A stretch of DNA of 64,000 nt from Candidatus Aenigmatarchaeota archaeon (GTDB lineage Archaea; Aenigmatarchaeota; Aenigmatarchaeia; CG10238-14; SCSR01), in NCBI GenBank assembly GCA_018920185.1, contig JAHLMT010000003.1, positions 2,055-66,054 on the forward strand. Direction: 5' to 3'. Below are positions 28,569 through 38,117 of the stretch, one piece after another. A model generated the notes under the pieces. It did no database searches and had not been told where the DNA came from. It saw only the letters and a program-made list of their open reading frames with translations. Numbering within the stretch: the first letter of the stretch is position 1; the number at the start of each line of letters is the position of its first letter. Made by a program: the position numbers and the translations under genes.

Positions 28569-28694
28569 GGGGTTGTTGTCTAACCAGGTAGGACACTGTG
28601 TGGCCTAATAACAGGCTCCAGTATTTTATGGAGCATTGACAAAAAGATGATAAGAAGATACCTGTTGGTCAGGGTTCAAATCCCTGCAACCCCA
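28569..28694 (+). tRNA. tRNA-Trp (CCA) with two insertions (putative introns)
   Basis: GGGGTTG-TT-GTCT-AACCAGGTA-GGAC-A-[15 nt 28596-28610]-ACAGG-CTCCAG-[38 nt 28622-28659]-A-CCTGT-TGGT-CAGGG-TTCAAAT-CCCTG-CAACCCC-A. It is 126 nt long, or 73 nt after removal. Confidence 0.65.
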
Positions 28695-28695
28695 T

Positions 28696-29037
28696 TCAGA
28701 TAGAATAGCATAATAAATATAAGACAAAAACCAGAACATTTAATCCTACTATAATCTTTGCATTAGAACTGACGAACATTAATACAAAACCTAAAATTGT
28801 TAAACTTAATGTGGTGCCTGCCGAAAATGCAGCACCAGCTACACCCACAATTATCATTAGAATCGCGCCAACTTTACCAAGATATTTAGTGTAAAGATAA
28901 ATGATAACTGATGAAACTAACATTGTAATTAAGACAGCCTGTATACCTTCACCACCAAAGAAAAGTTTAGTGAAAAATGTAAAAACAGTCACATAGATTT
29001 TAGATAGAAAAGAGAACAAAGGTATGCAAAAACCCAT
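28696..29037 (-). CDS. small membrane protein (about 4 TM)
   Basis: 113-aa hydrophobic ORF. No family recognised. Confidence 0.45.
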   Translation of the reverse strand: MGFCIPLFSFLSKIYVTVFTFFTKLFFGGEGIQAVLITMLVSSVIIYLYTKYLGKVGAILMIIVGVAGAAFSAGTTLSLTILGFVLMFVSSNAKIIVGLNVLVFVLYLLCYSI

Positions 29038-29057
29038 AATAATTATTTAGTTTCTTT

Positions 29058-29717
29058 TTATTTACATTTCCAACCATATCTTCCTGTCAACGGAACAAAT
29101 ATCACACCTAAAATTTCTTTTTTTATTAGTTTTCCGGTTTTTGTTTTCTTAACTTTGATTAGCTGTTGTTCACCATAAGGAGAACCTATCACTATCAGAA
29201 GAGTACCATTTGGTTTCAATTGCTCTATTATAGGTTGGGGTATATCTGGTGAAGCTGCACTCACAACAATTTTATCATAAGGTGCATATTTTGGATATCC
29301 AAGCGAACCGTCACCGTGAATTAAAATAACATCTTTGTAACCAGATTTTTCTAAATTCTTTTTCGCAAATTCATAGGTTTCTTTATTGATTTCAACTCCA
29401 ACAACTTTTCCTTTTTCACCAACAATTTCTCGAACATATGCTAATAGAATTCCGGAACCTGCGCCGATTTCTAAAAATTTTTCACCGGGTTTTAATTTTA
29501 ATTCTGATAATGTGATTGCATGGATATGCGGTGCACTAATTGTCTGATCACCAGGAATTGGTAGTGGTGTATCAAAATAAGCTTCCTCCAAATATTTTTC
29601 TGGGACGAATAACTCTCGGGGAACTTTTAACATAGCTTTTTTGACTTTTGATGACTTTATGTAACCAGAAGTTTCTAGAGTTTTAATCAATTTCACTCTT
29701 TTATCAAGAAGGTTCAT
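29058..29717 (-). CDS. pcm: protein-L-isoaspartate O-methyltransferase
   Basis: 219 aa with ISAPHIHA and the SAM motif FLEIGAGSGILLAY, plus YDKIVVSAA. Confidence 0.9.
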   Translation of the reverse strand: MNLLDKRVKLIKTLETSGYIKSSKVKKAMLKVPRELFVPEKYLEEAYFDTPLPIPGDQTISAPHIHAITLSELKLKPGEKFLEIGAGSGILLAYVREIVGEKGKVVGVEINKETYEFAKKNLEKSGYKDVILIHGDGSLGYPKYAPYDKIVVSAASPDIPQPIIEQLKPNGTLLIVIGSPYGEQQLIKVKKTKTGKLIKKEILGVIFVPLTGRYGWKCK

Positions 29718-29778
29718 TCAAATTATGTTTGGTGTTCTGTATTAAAACCTTCTGAAAGAAATAGAAAGAAGAGGAAAG

Positions 29779-30072
29779 CTATTTTGTTATTGTAATGTTT
29801 ATTGTAGAAACATTAATTTTCTGTCCGTTTTCAAGCTGTCTTTCCTCTGTACCAATTTCTACGTTGGAAATCTTAGCGTCTTGGACGAATTTTCTTCGAA
29901 CAATCTCAGCAACGTCGACTGCTTTTGATATAGCTCGTCCACGTGCTTTGATGAAGACTTCTTTTTGTCCGTTAGATAGCTGGGTTATTACACCCAACAC
30001 ATAGGACATACTAGGCTTTCGTCCAATGAAAACCACGTTTTCTGGTAGTTTTTCTTGTGCTTGTTCAGCCAT
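29779..30072 (-). CDS. albA: DNA/RNA-binding protein Alba
   Basis: 97 aa. NVVFIGRKPSMSYVLGVITQL..EVFIKARGRAISKAVDVAEIVRRKF is the typical Alba core. Confidence 0.9.
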   Translation of the reverse strand: MAEQAQEKLPENVVFIGRKPSMSYVLGVITQLSNGQKEVFIKARGRAISKAVDVAEIVRRKFVQDAKISNVEIGTEERQLENGQKINVSTINITITK

Positions 30073-30592
30073 TGTCCAACCTCCTTTTAATTTTGATATT
30101 CTGATAATTGGATATAGAAGATTAGGTTTTTAAAGGTTTACTCATTTGTTTCAGTATTTTGGAAGTCTGAATCTTTCTATAGATAATGTATTCTTAACCA
30201 TATCCTTCACAGGTATTATGAATTCTGAATAGTATGGTACGTAAATATCCTATTGATATGCCCTCCATTTCAGATTGGTTGGACGAGCATCTTAAATTCA
30301 GGATAACACCACTTGTTTTCATAATTTCATAACAACTCTGGTTTTTTTTTCTTAACCCACTTTCAATTAGTTGTTTTGCTTCTGATTTTTTAATAATTCT
30401 TTCAATAACTGCTTTCAAAATCACAGTAGTTCAGTAAGTTTCTATGTTAAATGTTTTCAGCAATTTTTGGCCGATTGTATCGCCGATTAGTAAGGATGAT
30501 TTAATTTTAGTTAAGATTTTATAGCGTTCTTGTTGTAAGAGGCGTTACTTTTTCTATTAGTTAATTAAAAATCAAATTATAAAGAGTGAAAT

Positions 30593-33511
30593 ATGAACGA
30601 GAATATCGAAAAGTTAGAATTATTAAAACAAATTATAGAGGCGATTAAAAATAAAAATTACGAAGAATTTTCTAGTTTGTACAGAGAATACATACTTAAT
30701 CATGATCTTCATTTGTCTCTTAAAACAAAGATAGAAATGCTCAATGAACTTTTATCCAATCTTGCATATAAAGATTATTTGGAACGAGTAAACCAAGAGA
30801 TATTAAAAGGAATGGAAAGGACAGAGAAGCAAGGTTCTCCCGCACCTCCACAGGTATCTCAACCACTTAAGATAGAATCACCAACATCTTCTCCGATACC
30901 AACTGCTAGACCTGCACTTCCTATACAGAAATCAACTGTATCTGGAAGACAGACGTCAATACCTGGGAAGGATACCCAAGCTAAAAAGAGTGTTCAACAA
31001 TCAAGAGCAGGCGAAAAGAACCCTGTAGTATATCCCACCCAAAAACCAACAGGAAAAAAGATACCGTCTACCACAAACAGCAGGTTAGACTTTAACGGAA
31101 AATTCGTAGGATGGGTGCAAGATGGTGACACCGAAGGGTTCCCAGGAATAGGAGGAGCGTATGTTGAAGCCAGATCTCTCACTGCAGACTTTGTCAGAGG
31201 TACAAGAACAGATAATAACGGCTATTTTGAACTCGAGGTACTTCCGGGGATATATAGTATTTCTGCTAAAGCGGAAGGTTTTGTAAAACATACAAAAATG
31301 GGTATACAAGTCAGTGAAGTGGCACCTGCTGGAGTACATTTTCTTTTACACAGAATTAAAAGAGTACCACGTGCTACACAACCAACTGCATCACCCACTA
31401 CCCAAGCACAACCAATTCCTCCTAGAAGTGCGTCACAGATTGGGAGAGAACCTCCTCCACCACCAGATGCTAGATATGGAGGTGAACTACCTGAAATTAG
31501 AATTACGGCAAGTCCTAATCCAGTAGTGGGAGGTCAATCGACAATTATATCTTGGGAGTCTAGAAATGCTACTCGTGTAAGAATTTCTATTCAACCACCT
31601 TTAGAAGGAGTTGGAGGATGGCTTGTATCTCATTCCGGAAGTAGACGAACGGCACCTTTATCAGTTGACACAACATTTACTGCGACAGCAATAGGGCCTG
31701 GAGGAGAAGCTACAGCTGAAGTAACTGTTTATGTCAGAGAAAAGACAGAAAGTGGAAAAGAGGAAGAAAGGAGAAGAGAACGGGAGAAACAACTCTTCGG
31801 TAAAGTAAAAGAGAGGCTCGGAATTGGGAAAGAGAGAAAGGTACATGAAACGAGATGGTTTCAATGGTTGCAAGATCACATAATCACCCTTATATTTAGT
31901 ATCGTTTTCTTTCTTTTACTCAAGTTTTGGTTGTATCCTCTAATTGTAAATAAGATTCCATTTATTGGTGGGGCACTTGGCAGAGGGGTTATATTTTCAT
32001 GGGGCATACCATTGCTTGTTTCAACTCTTTTCTTTTATACTATAAAAGACAAAGGTTGGTGGGGAACTATAAAAACTCTAATACCATGGGGTATTGGATT
32101 GCTTTTATTTTTGATTCTCTTCGGAACACACATACAATGGACTAACTTTAACTATTGGTTAGATAGATTAGACGCTCTTAAATTCATCGGTGTACCACAA
32201 GAATCTATCGATGATATTAAAAATAACATTAAAAGTGCCCTAGGCTTCCTGCAGTTCAAAGCTGTCGAGCCAAAAAAACCAGAAGCTAAGAAAATTGGTG
32301 GATTTGAAGCTATTGAGCTGAAATTTGGCAGTAAATATAACAACTTTGTTCCGCCACAGTTATTTGCAAGGACGAACTACACTCTACCTGTTACTGTGAA
32401 AAATCCCAACAAAATCGACACAAAGCTTGAGGTTGAAAATTTTGTTATCGAAGAGGTGTTTCTAAATAATAGAGGTAATAGGGTAATTTGTGGTGTTACA
32501 GATAAAGATGGGGAAGAGACTGATAAAATAGAGTTGGGTAAAATATCTCCAGAAGAGGAAAGATTAGTAACAATAAATTTTGGTAATAAAACAAAGTGTG
32601 CTAAGGATTCGAAGAGTCCTCTATCTCCTGTTAAATTTAGAATAGTATTTAAAGGTACTCCTGATAAAAATCCAGAGGTAAACAATAAAAAATGCGTGGA
32701 GCAGTGTGATCCAATAGTAGATAAAACTAATAAGACGTATGGATTATCACCGGGTAATATGCTTGACGAATCAGGAACTGTTTATATCTCATCGAGTAGA
32801 GAATGTGAGTGCAAAGTCAAAAGAATACATAACATCATGGATGAGCTGTGTTTCTTTGATAACGACAAGGCTCAGGTAACACTGCGCTCTACTTATGAGT
32901 TTAAAGTCCAAGGCAAAGGAGAATTAATCATAGTCAAAACCGAAGCTGATAGGAAGTTGGCACCTCCACCGACAATAACAAGTAGCGCCGGTCCTTTGAC
33001 TGTGACGACGTATTTTGTTTCAGATGTTCACATCCCAGGAAAATCAAAAACTAGCACTATGTTCATAGAGATATCAAATAAGGGCAATGGAGGTGCAACA
33101 ATCACAGATTTTAAAGTTAATGGCGTCGATCTCAGATCAGAAGGCCCCTTGACCTTACAAGATAATCTAGTGAAAATCTCTCAGTGCCAACCTAGTATTA
33201 TTAATTTTATTGAAGACGCTTTCACTTTATCTTGTTCTGTGAGTGTTGATGATAGTGAGGTGAACAGTAAAGTTACGGGTGCATATCTCACAGTTCCTGT
33301 GATAGTTGATATTAACTATTCATATTCACAAACGCATTCGACTACTATTAATGTGGAAAAAGCTGTCATACCCGAAGGTGTAGAAGATTATGATAAAATA
33401 ATAGAATTGGATGGGCGATTCAAACATTTACCATACTACTGTCCGAATGAGAAATCCCAAATAGCTGGAACACCTGCACTGAAGATATACGATATACAAT
33501 CCTCAAGCTAA
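30593..33511 (+). CDS. large multidomain membrane protein (CarboxypepD_reg-like and Ig-like N-terminal domains, ~4 TM, C-terminal lipoprotein-family domain)
   Basis: 972 aa with no N-terminal signal peptide and a Pro/Ser/Thr/Gln-rich low-complexity region. GAYVEARS..TDNNGYFELEVLPGIYSISAKAEGF is carboxypeptidase-regulatory-like. A hydrophobic cluster lies around aa 430-520. The C-terminal ~430 aa share blocks with the 14493/16449 lipoproteins (LPVTVKNPNK, FIEISNKGNGG, DINYSYSQTHSTTINVEK). Confidence 0.65.
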   Translation: MNENIEKLELLKQIIEAIKNKNYEEFSSLYREYILNHDLHLSLKTKIEMLNELLSNLAYKDYLERVNQEILKGMERTEKQGSPAPPQVSQPLKIESPTSSPIPTARPALPIQKSTVSGRQTSIPGKDTQAKKSVQQSRAGEKNPVVYPTQKPTGKKIPSTTNSRLDFNGKFVGWVQDGDTEGFPGIGGAYVEARSLTADFVRGTRTDNNGYFELEVLPGIYSISAKAEGFVKHTKMGIQVSEVAPAGVHFLLHRIKRVPRATQPTASPTTQAQPIPPRSASQIGREPPPPPDARYGGELPEIRITASPNPVVGGQSTIISWESRNATRVRISIQPPLEGVGGWLVSHSGSRRTAPLSVDTTFTATAIGPGGEATAEVTVYVREKTESGKEEERRREREKQLFGKVKERLGIGKERKVHETRWFQWLQDHIITLIFSIVFFLLLKFWLYPLIVNKIPFIGGALGRGVIFSWGIPLLVSTLFFYTIKDKGWWGTIKTLIPWGIGLLLFLILFGTHIQWTNFNYWLDRLDALKFIGVPQESIDDIKNNIKSALGFLQFKAVEPKKPEAKKIGGFEAIELKFGSKYNNFVPPQLFARTNYTLPVTVKNPNKIDTKLEVENFVIEEVFLNNRGNRVICGVTDKDGEETDKIELGKISPEEERLVTINFGNKTKCAKDSKSPLSPVKFRIVFKGTPDKNPEVNNKKCVEQCDPIVDKTNKTYGLSPGNMLDESGTVYISSSRECECKVKRIHNIMDELCFFDNDKAQVTLRSTYEFKVQGKGELIIVKTEADRKLAPPPTITSSAGPLTVTTYFVSDVHIPGKSKTSTMFIEISNKGNGGATITDFKVNGVDLRSEGPLTLQDNLVKISQCQPSIINFIEDAFTLSCSVSVDDSEVNSKVTGAYLTVPVIVDINYSYSQTHSTTINVEKAVIPEGVEDYDKIIELDGRFKHLPYYCPNEKSQIAGTPALKIYDIQSSS

Positions 33512-33648
33512 GATTATTCAACAACTGATTTCTTTCAAAAGGAGTTCATATCTGCTGAACTGGAAGTTGGAGAAATTGATGAAAACCTGCTTGAAGGCTT
33601 GCTTTACTATCGTCCGCCTGAATTAGAGATTTATCAGATTCCATCATC

Positions 33649-34683
33649 TTAACTCTGCACATTAACCTTAAAAATTCCCAGATCACTTACAGCTATGAGA
33701 GTGCCACTACTAATTTGATCACATGACGACGAAAAGGCTGAAACACCCCATCTGTAATTGCCGTTATCTAAAACTCTCATATAGTTTCTTGGACCGCCCC
33801 ATGTATTACTAATTGGAAGCTGTGTGTTTGGTGTTACCATATCGACATAAAATATACCGCTTTCAGATCTCACGCCTACATAATAGCAACTGGCTCCTTG
33901 TACAGATTCCCACACTAGTGTTGGGTTATTCACAGAAACTGTAGAATATAATGAAGGTCGTATGAGGTTCATACGACCCCAATTTCTAACTTTAACTACA
34001 GAAATTGCATTTGTTATTTGTGGTCCTGAACAGTCTGCATCTGTATATGCTGCAACATTAATTTGATACCAAGTGTCTGGAGTTAAATCTCGTGAAACAG
34101 TATATGTAGTTCCAGAAGTGGAATCTTGAAGAACAGGTCTGATAACAAACCAGTTATTATCTAGTTGAGATATACCTATTTTGTAACAATTTGCATTCTC
34201 TAACCTTGACCAAATGACTGTGGGTCTTCTCGAAACTTCTCCTAAATGATAGGGATATATTATCCTTAGTTCGGAAGAAGGTGGTACGAATGTCTCACAT
34301 CCTCTTAATCCACAAGAAAGAACGCAACGAGAATTTAATGGTTTTTGAACCTTCAGCCATAAACCCAGACCAGCGTGATCTCTCGTGAATCTTTCTATGT
34401 CAACACCCCCACGTTTAGTAAGATCTGTACCAAGTACGGCTTTCCATGCTCCGTTAACATACAGCCAACCATGAGAAATCCATCCTCCATCCCCACCCCC
34501 ACAATTTTGCGCCATCTCAGCTATAGTTCTACCTATCATAGGTTCTGTAACAGAAATCAAGTTCCAATCGTCTCTTAGTTCGATAGTTGTATCCTCTACA
34601 GGTCTCTGGGAGGTCTGAGACGATACTAGAGAGAAGAAAACAGATACAATAATTACACCTATAATAAAAAATGTTAATCTCAT
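33649..34683 (-). CDS. secreted protein with repeated Fn3-like modules
   Basis: 344 aa with signal peptide MRLTFFIIGVIIVSVFFSLVSS. An internal repeat is visible: PTVIWSRLENANCYKIGIS / PTLVWESVQGASCYYVGVRS. It is the last gene of the pilus-like operon. Confidence 0.55.
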   Translation of the reverse strand: MRLTFFIIGVIIVSVFFSLVSSQTSQRPVEDTTIELRDDWNLISVTEPMIGRTIAEMAQNCGGGDGGWISHGWLYVNGAWKAVLGTDLTKRGGVDIERFTRDHAGLGLWLKVQKPLNSRCVLSCGLRGCETFVPPSSELRIIYPYHLGEVSRRPTVIWSRLENANCYKIGISQLDNNWFVIRPVLQDSTSGTTYTVSRDLTPDTWYQINVAAYTDADCSGPQITNAISVVKVRNWGRMNLIRPSLYSTVSVNNPTLVWESVQGASCYYVGVRSESGIFYVDMVTPNTQLPISNTWGGPRNYMRVLDNGNYRWGVSAFSSSCDQISSGTLIAVSDLGIFKVNVQS

Positions 34684-34714
34684 ATTTTTATTTTAGAAAT
34701 AGTGTTATTTAATA

Positions 34715-36022
34715 TTATGAGGTAGAAAATTGAGGTGGTGGTAGTAACTCAGAAAACAGAGGTGGTGGCTGTTTATTTGCTGAATAAAACCGAAGTTCAA
34801 GATTTCTCATGTTTACGGATCTTTCGTTTTCGTCGTATATAGGATATCTCTCTTTACTTGATATTTTGACGAATGCAGTAACTGTTGCATCGTAATTGTA
34901 ACTGCAGACGGTGTTTTGATAGATATCGAAATATCGACCACATAACCAACTGGTACATTCGGCTGCCCGTCTAGAGCATTCTCCAATAATTCTACCATCT
35001 TCAATTCGAGGGCTTACACATACATTCTCATTTCTTATGTATGTCCAGCTTCCACACGGAGGTGGTAGCGGATCCCAAGGACAGCCGTAACTTGAACATA
35101 CTGAAAAGGCACATCCACAAGAAGTGGTTCCCGTCCGAGTTCCACTACATGATCCGCTTAAATATCCTACATAACTATTTACATCAATTTCGAGTCTCGC
35201 ATCACTATTGTCAAATTCTCTTGATTCTATTTGGGAAAACACTCTATCTCTAAAAATATCTTCAATTTGGTTACCGCATCTTTGTTCGAGTATACTAATC
35301 ACAGATTGTGGGGTATGTGGGAAATTCCACTCACATACATCGCCTATGTTTATCTGTTTGCAATCTTTTTCTACACCGTTTATATCTACATTATTCATTG
35401 ACGAATCTGCTTCTACTACAGAAACTTGCATGACATCAGAATTTACGAATTTTTCTTTGGCTATGTTTAAAATTTTTCCGAGTTTTATGGATGTATTTTC
35501 TCGTATGTTTCCGCTATCTGAAATTTCTGCTAATTCGCTTCTAAAGGTGATTTTATCCTGGGTGGTGAAGGAGGTGTTTATATAGTTTTCTGAGACATTA
35601 GCTTGTACAGTTCCTGAAATAGGAATGTGAAATCTGTCATCTAACTTAAAATCAAGTGAATCTATATAGGAATTTAGCTTATCGGAAATTTTTTCATTTA
35701 ATAAATTATAGAAATTTCCTGGGAAACATACAACATTCCCTACACGCCAGAATGGTATGTTGTCTATTTTGGCTGGATCGCAATTACCAGAATAACCACC
35801 GTATTTTGAAATCTCATAAGCTGCCTGATATACAGAATAATCAACTGCCTTGTGCAGAGCTCTTTTGAGAAATTCTATTTGATTGATTGTATTTATTACC
35901 GTCCTCTCTTTCACGCTTCTTACAACAGTTTCTGATTGATAGGCTATGCTGAAAGAAAAAACACCGATTACAGTTAAAATGCTTGCAGCCGCTATTAGAG
36001 CTGTATTAACTTGTGATTTCAT
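34715..36022 (-). CDS. pilin-like N-terminus protein with Cys-rich C-terminal region
   Basis: 435 aa starting MKS|QVNTALIAAASILTVIGVFSF. The C-terminal third has many Cys (CGCAFSVCSSYGCPWDPLPPPCGSW...). It has a 4-nt overlap with the upstream gene. Confidence 0.5.
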   Translation of the reverse strand: MKSQVNTALIAAASILTVIGVFSFSIAYQSETVVRSVKERTVINTINQIEFLKRALHKAVDYSVYQAAYEISKYGGYSGNCDPAKIDNIPFWRVGNVVCFPGNFYNLLNEKISDKLNSYIDSLDFKLDDRFHIPISGTVQANVSENYINTSFTTQDKITFRSELAEISDSGNIRENTSIKLGKILNIAKEKFVNSDVMQVSVVEADSSMNNVDINGVEKDCKQINIGDVCEWNFPHTPQSVISILEQRCGNQIEDIFRDRVFSQIESREFDNSDARLEIDVNSYVGYLSGSCSGTRTGTTSCGCAFSVCSSYGCPWDPLPPPCGSWTYIRNENVCVSPRIEDGRIIGECSRRAAECTSWLCGRYFDIYQNTVCSYNYDATVTAFVKISSKERYPIYDENERSVNMRNLELRFYSANKQPPPLFSELLPPPQFSTS

Positions 36023-36492
36023 TTCTTACCTACCTTTATTATTTCAACCAAATTACCTTCTCTGTAAGGCAAGACTATTAATGCATTTGTACCGACTTCA
36101 AGCGAATTGCAGTCTCCAAGCAAAATTCTTCTTGTGTCGAAAGATGGTGGAGTTACAGGTCTTCCTGTAAAAACAAAATAGCCTGTGTGGAATCCAGATT
36201 CTCGAATTATAGCCAAGCAATACTGTCCATATATGTGATTTCTCAAAATCGCTTCTATGTTGTCCAAAGGAGTTGATTGTGTACGAATTGTGAAGTTTTT
36301 GCCTATATCTTCATAAAATGCATCATTTGAAAGAATAGAAAGAAGGACATACTGTAAGTTTTGGAAGTCGTATGTAAAAGCAGTTTCTTTATCAATTGTA
36401 GTTTTAATTACAGAGGGTGGGACGACTAGACTTAACATTATAGTTAAAGTTCCTACAAAACCTACCAGTGGCAGTTCTGCTATTGATTTCAT
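36019..36492 (-). CDS. pilin-like protein
   Basis: 157 aa starting MKS|IAELPLVGFVGTLTIMLSLVV, with 4-nt overlaps on both sides. Confidence 0.5.
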   Translation of the reverse strand: MKSIAELPLVGFVGTLTIMLSLVVPPSVIKTTIDKETAFTYDFQNLQYVLLSILSNDAFYEDIGKNFTIRTQSTPLDNIEAILRNHIYGQYCLAIIRESGFHTGYFVFTGRPVTPPSFDTRRILLGDCNSLEVGTNALIVLPYREGNLVEIIKVGKK

Positions 36493-37022
36493 TCCACCAC
36501 GAAAACCGTTAGATTACCTACACGGATATCCGTGTCGGAGTACCTTATTGAAACTGGCAGACCTCTGTCGAGAATGGAAGAAATTCTATTTGGTACACAT
36601 GCTCTTATTTGTTCAGTGTTAACTGCTGATGCGATACAGTTAATAAAATTTCTGATAACTTCGCTTTGGGAATCCCGAGAAATAAATGTGTAGCTCACTC
36701 GGGTGAGTTCATCCGTGATATTAATTCTTGCATATGAGTTTGGATAGAAAACCCTTAAATAAGGGTTAGAGGCGGATTTACTTTGTAATTTGATTGCGTC
36801 TAATACCCCACGATAATATGTGTTGCCATCGAAATAAATCAACTCTGGGTCAGACATCACAGCACTCGCTAAATTTAAGGCTTTCTGTTCAATTTCATTT
36901 TCTTCCACGGTCGGTGTAATTTTCGTCACTTGACCAGGAAGAATGAGAGCTAGAGACATGAGCAACACCCCAGATGTAAGTAGGGTGAAAATTTGTTCTG
37001 TTGCAAGAATCACAGCTTTCAT
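36489..37022 (-). CDS. pilin-like protein
   Basis: 177 aa starting MKA|VILATEQIFTLLTSGVLLMSLALIL. It directly abuts the upstream gene. Confidence 0.5.
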   Translation of the reverse strand: MKAVILATEQIFTLLTSGVLLMSLALILPGQVTKITPTVEENEIEQKALNLASAVMSDPELIYFDGNTYYRGVLDAIKLQSKSASNPYLRVFYPNSYARINITDELTRVSYTFISRDSQSEVIRNFINCIASAVNTEQIRACVPNRISSILDRGLPVSIRYSDTDIRVGNLTVFVVE

Positions 37023-37400
37023 TCAACCGACCTCTATAAAAGGTCTACCATTTTCAAACACTTTTCTTATCGTTAATGTGTCGACATTTTCTCTTGAAAA
37101 ATCTCGTAGGTTACTTAGAGTTTTGTAGGAAGCTGTATCTTTCATAGTAACTGTTATTAAAGCTGCGTCGGCTGTCACATTTGCATTTTCTGGAAGTTTG
37201 TAGACGAGTCTAATTTCTGATGGTGCGCTGTTTGATAAAGCTATTAAACTTGCTAATTCTTTTGCTTTAGCTAAAGCCGACTCTTTTTCCATAACTACTT
37301 TTATATCATCTATCATCCCAGGTAATTGTACAAACAGAAGAGAAGAGATAGCAATTATGCCGACAATTGTGATTGCATCTGTAACTATTGCAGCTTTCAT
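37023..37400 (-). CDS. pilin-like protein
   Basis: 125 aa starting MKA|AIVTDAITIVGIIAISSLLF. Confidence 0.5.
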   Translation of the reverse strand: MKAAIVTDAITIVGIIAISSLLFVQLPGMIDDIKVVMEKESALAKAKELASLIALSNSAPSEIRLVYKLPENANVTADAALITVTMKDTASYKTLSNLRDFSRENVDTLTIRKVFENGRPFIEVG

Positions 37401-37429
37401 TAAATTATAATAACTTCTGATTAAATTAA

Positions 37430-37693
37430 TTATTTACAATCTTCTTTAGTATTGGGTTTTGTTATACCAAATTGTTCACAATCTGTTGGTTCTTTTTTGT
37501 CCCAGTCGAATGGTGGAGGTCTGTTGTTTAACAAGCTGCTACAGTAACTGGTTTTTTTAGCTGCACATGATGCTTCAGATGTACCAAATTTAGTTGTGTC
37601 TATCCAACCCCAGAAGATTGCAACTATGAAGAAAAGAGAGATGGCTATTACAGCTATTAGAAAAACTGCTTGGACTGCGATAGATTTGAGCAT
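37430..37693 (-). CDS. small Cys-containing pilin-like protein
   Basis: 87 aa starting MLKSIAVQAVFLIAVIAISLFFIVAIFWGW, followed by a 4-Cys head. Confidence 0.5.
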   Translation of the reverse strand: MLKSIAVQAVFLIAVIAISLFFIVAIFWGWIDTTKFGTSEASCAAKKTSYCSSLLNNRPPPFDWDKKEPTDCEQFGITKPNTKEDCK

Positions 37694-37742
37694 ATAATGA
37701 ATTAGAAATTATAGAAATTAAACTCTGCTATTCTAGTAGCCC

Positions 37743-38117
37743 TTAACCCGCACTGCCGCCACCGCCACCACCACCTGCCGGTGGTGTTGACACTGACCCT
37801 ATTGTTGAACACCAATTTCTGAAGCTCCATTTTGAGGCGGGTTCGTCGGGGAGAGCACGATCACTTCCAGTTATCTGTTTTAAACATACGTTGTTATCTT
37901 CATTCTTAAAAACGCCATTAGGTGGCGGTATATTTGTATTGTATCCTGCTGATGTCCATTTGTTACATGCTTCTAGAAAATCCGTTCTGCACTGTTCAGA
38001 GGATACGCCCCCACCAAATTTAATACCAGAAACAAAGAGCCAGTAACCCAGAAGGCCAATAACACCAACACCAAGAAAAATAGCTATAATATAAGGAACT
38101 GCTATCCCTTTTTTCAT
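37743..38117 (-). CDS. type IV pilin-like protein, IPIPYIIAL family, glycine-tailed
   Basis: The track start at 38126 is GTG; the ATG at 38117 gives MKKG|IAVPYIIAIFLGVGVIGLLGYW. It has a 5-Cys head and ends PPAGGGGGGGSAG. Confidence 0.6.
   Translation of the reverse strand: MKKGIAVPYIIAIFLGVGVIGLLGYWLFVSGIKFGGGVSSEQCRTDFLEACNKWTSAGYNTNIPPPNGVFKNEDNNVCLKQITGSDRALPDEPASKWSFRNWCSTIGSVSTPPAGGGGGGGSAG

Noticed and set aside
28622-28659. Possible box C/D guide RNA inside the tRNA-Trp intron, as known for some Euryarchaeota.
   Set aside because: Only a partial GATGAT (not RTGATGA) and TTGA (not CTGA) are present, in the wrong order, and 38 nt is too short for a full C/D-C'/D' unit.
30194-30424. 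76-aa ORF in the intergenic region between albA and the 972-aa gene.
   Set aside because: It has no recognisable motif and sits isolated in a likely promoter region, so coding is uncertain. I left it unannotated rather than call a hypothetical protein.
37746-37790. GC-rich runs (ccgccaccgccaccaccacc here, and ccctccacctccaccccc at 38742-38760) considered as G-quadruplex or slippage signals.
   Set aside because: They are fully explained as in-frame Gly/Pro codons at gene 3' ends. They are noted under the glycine-tail finding, with the caveat that such tracts are error-prone in assembly.
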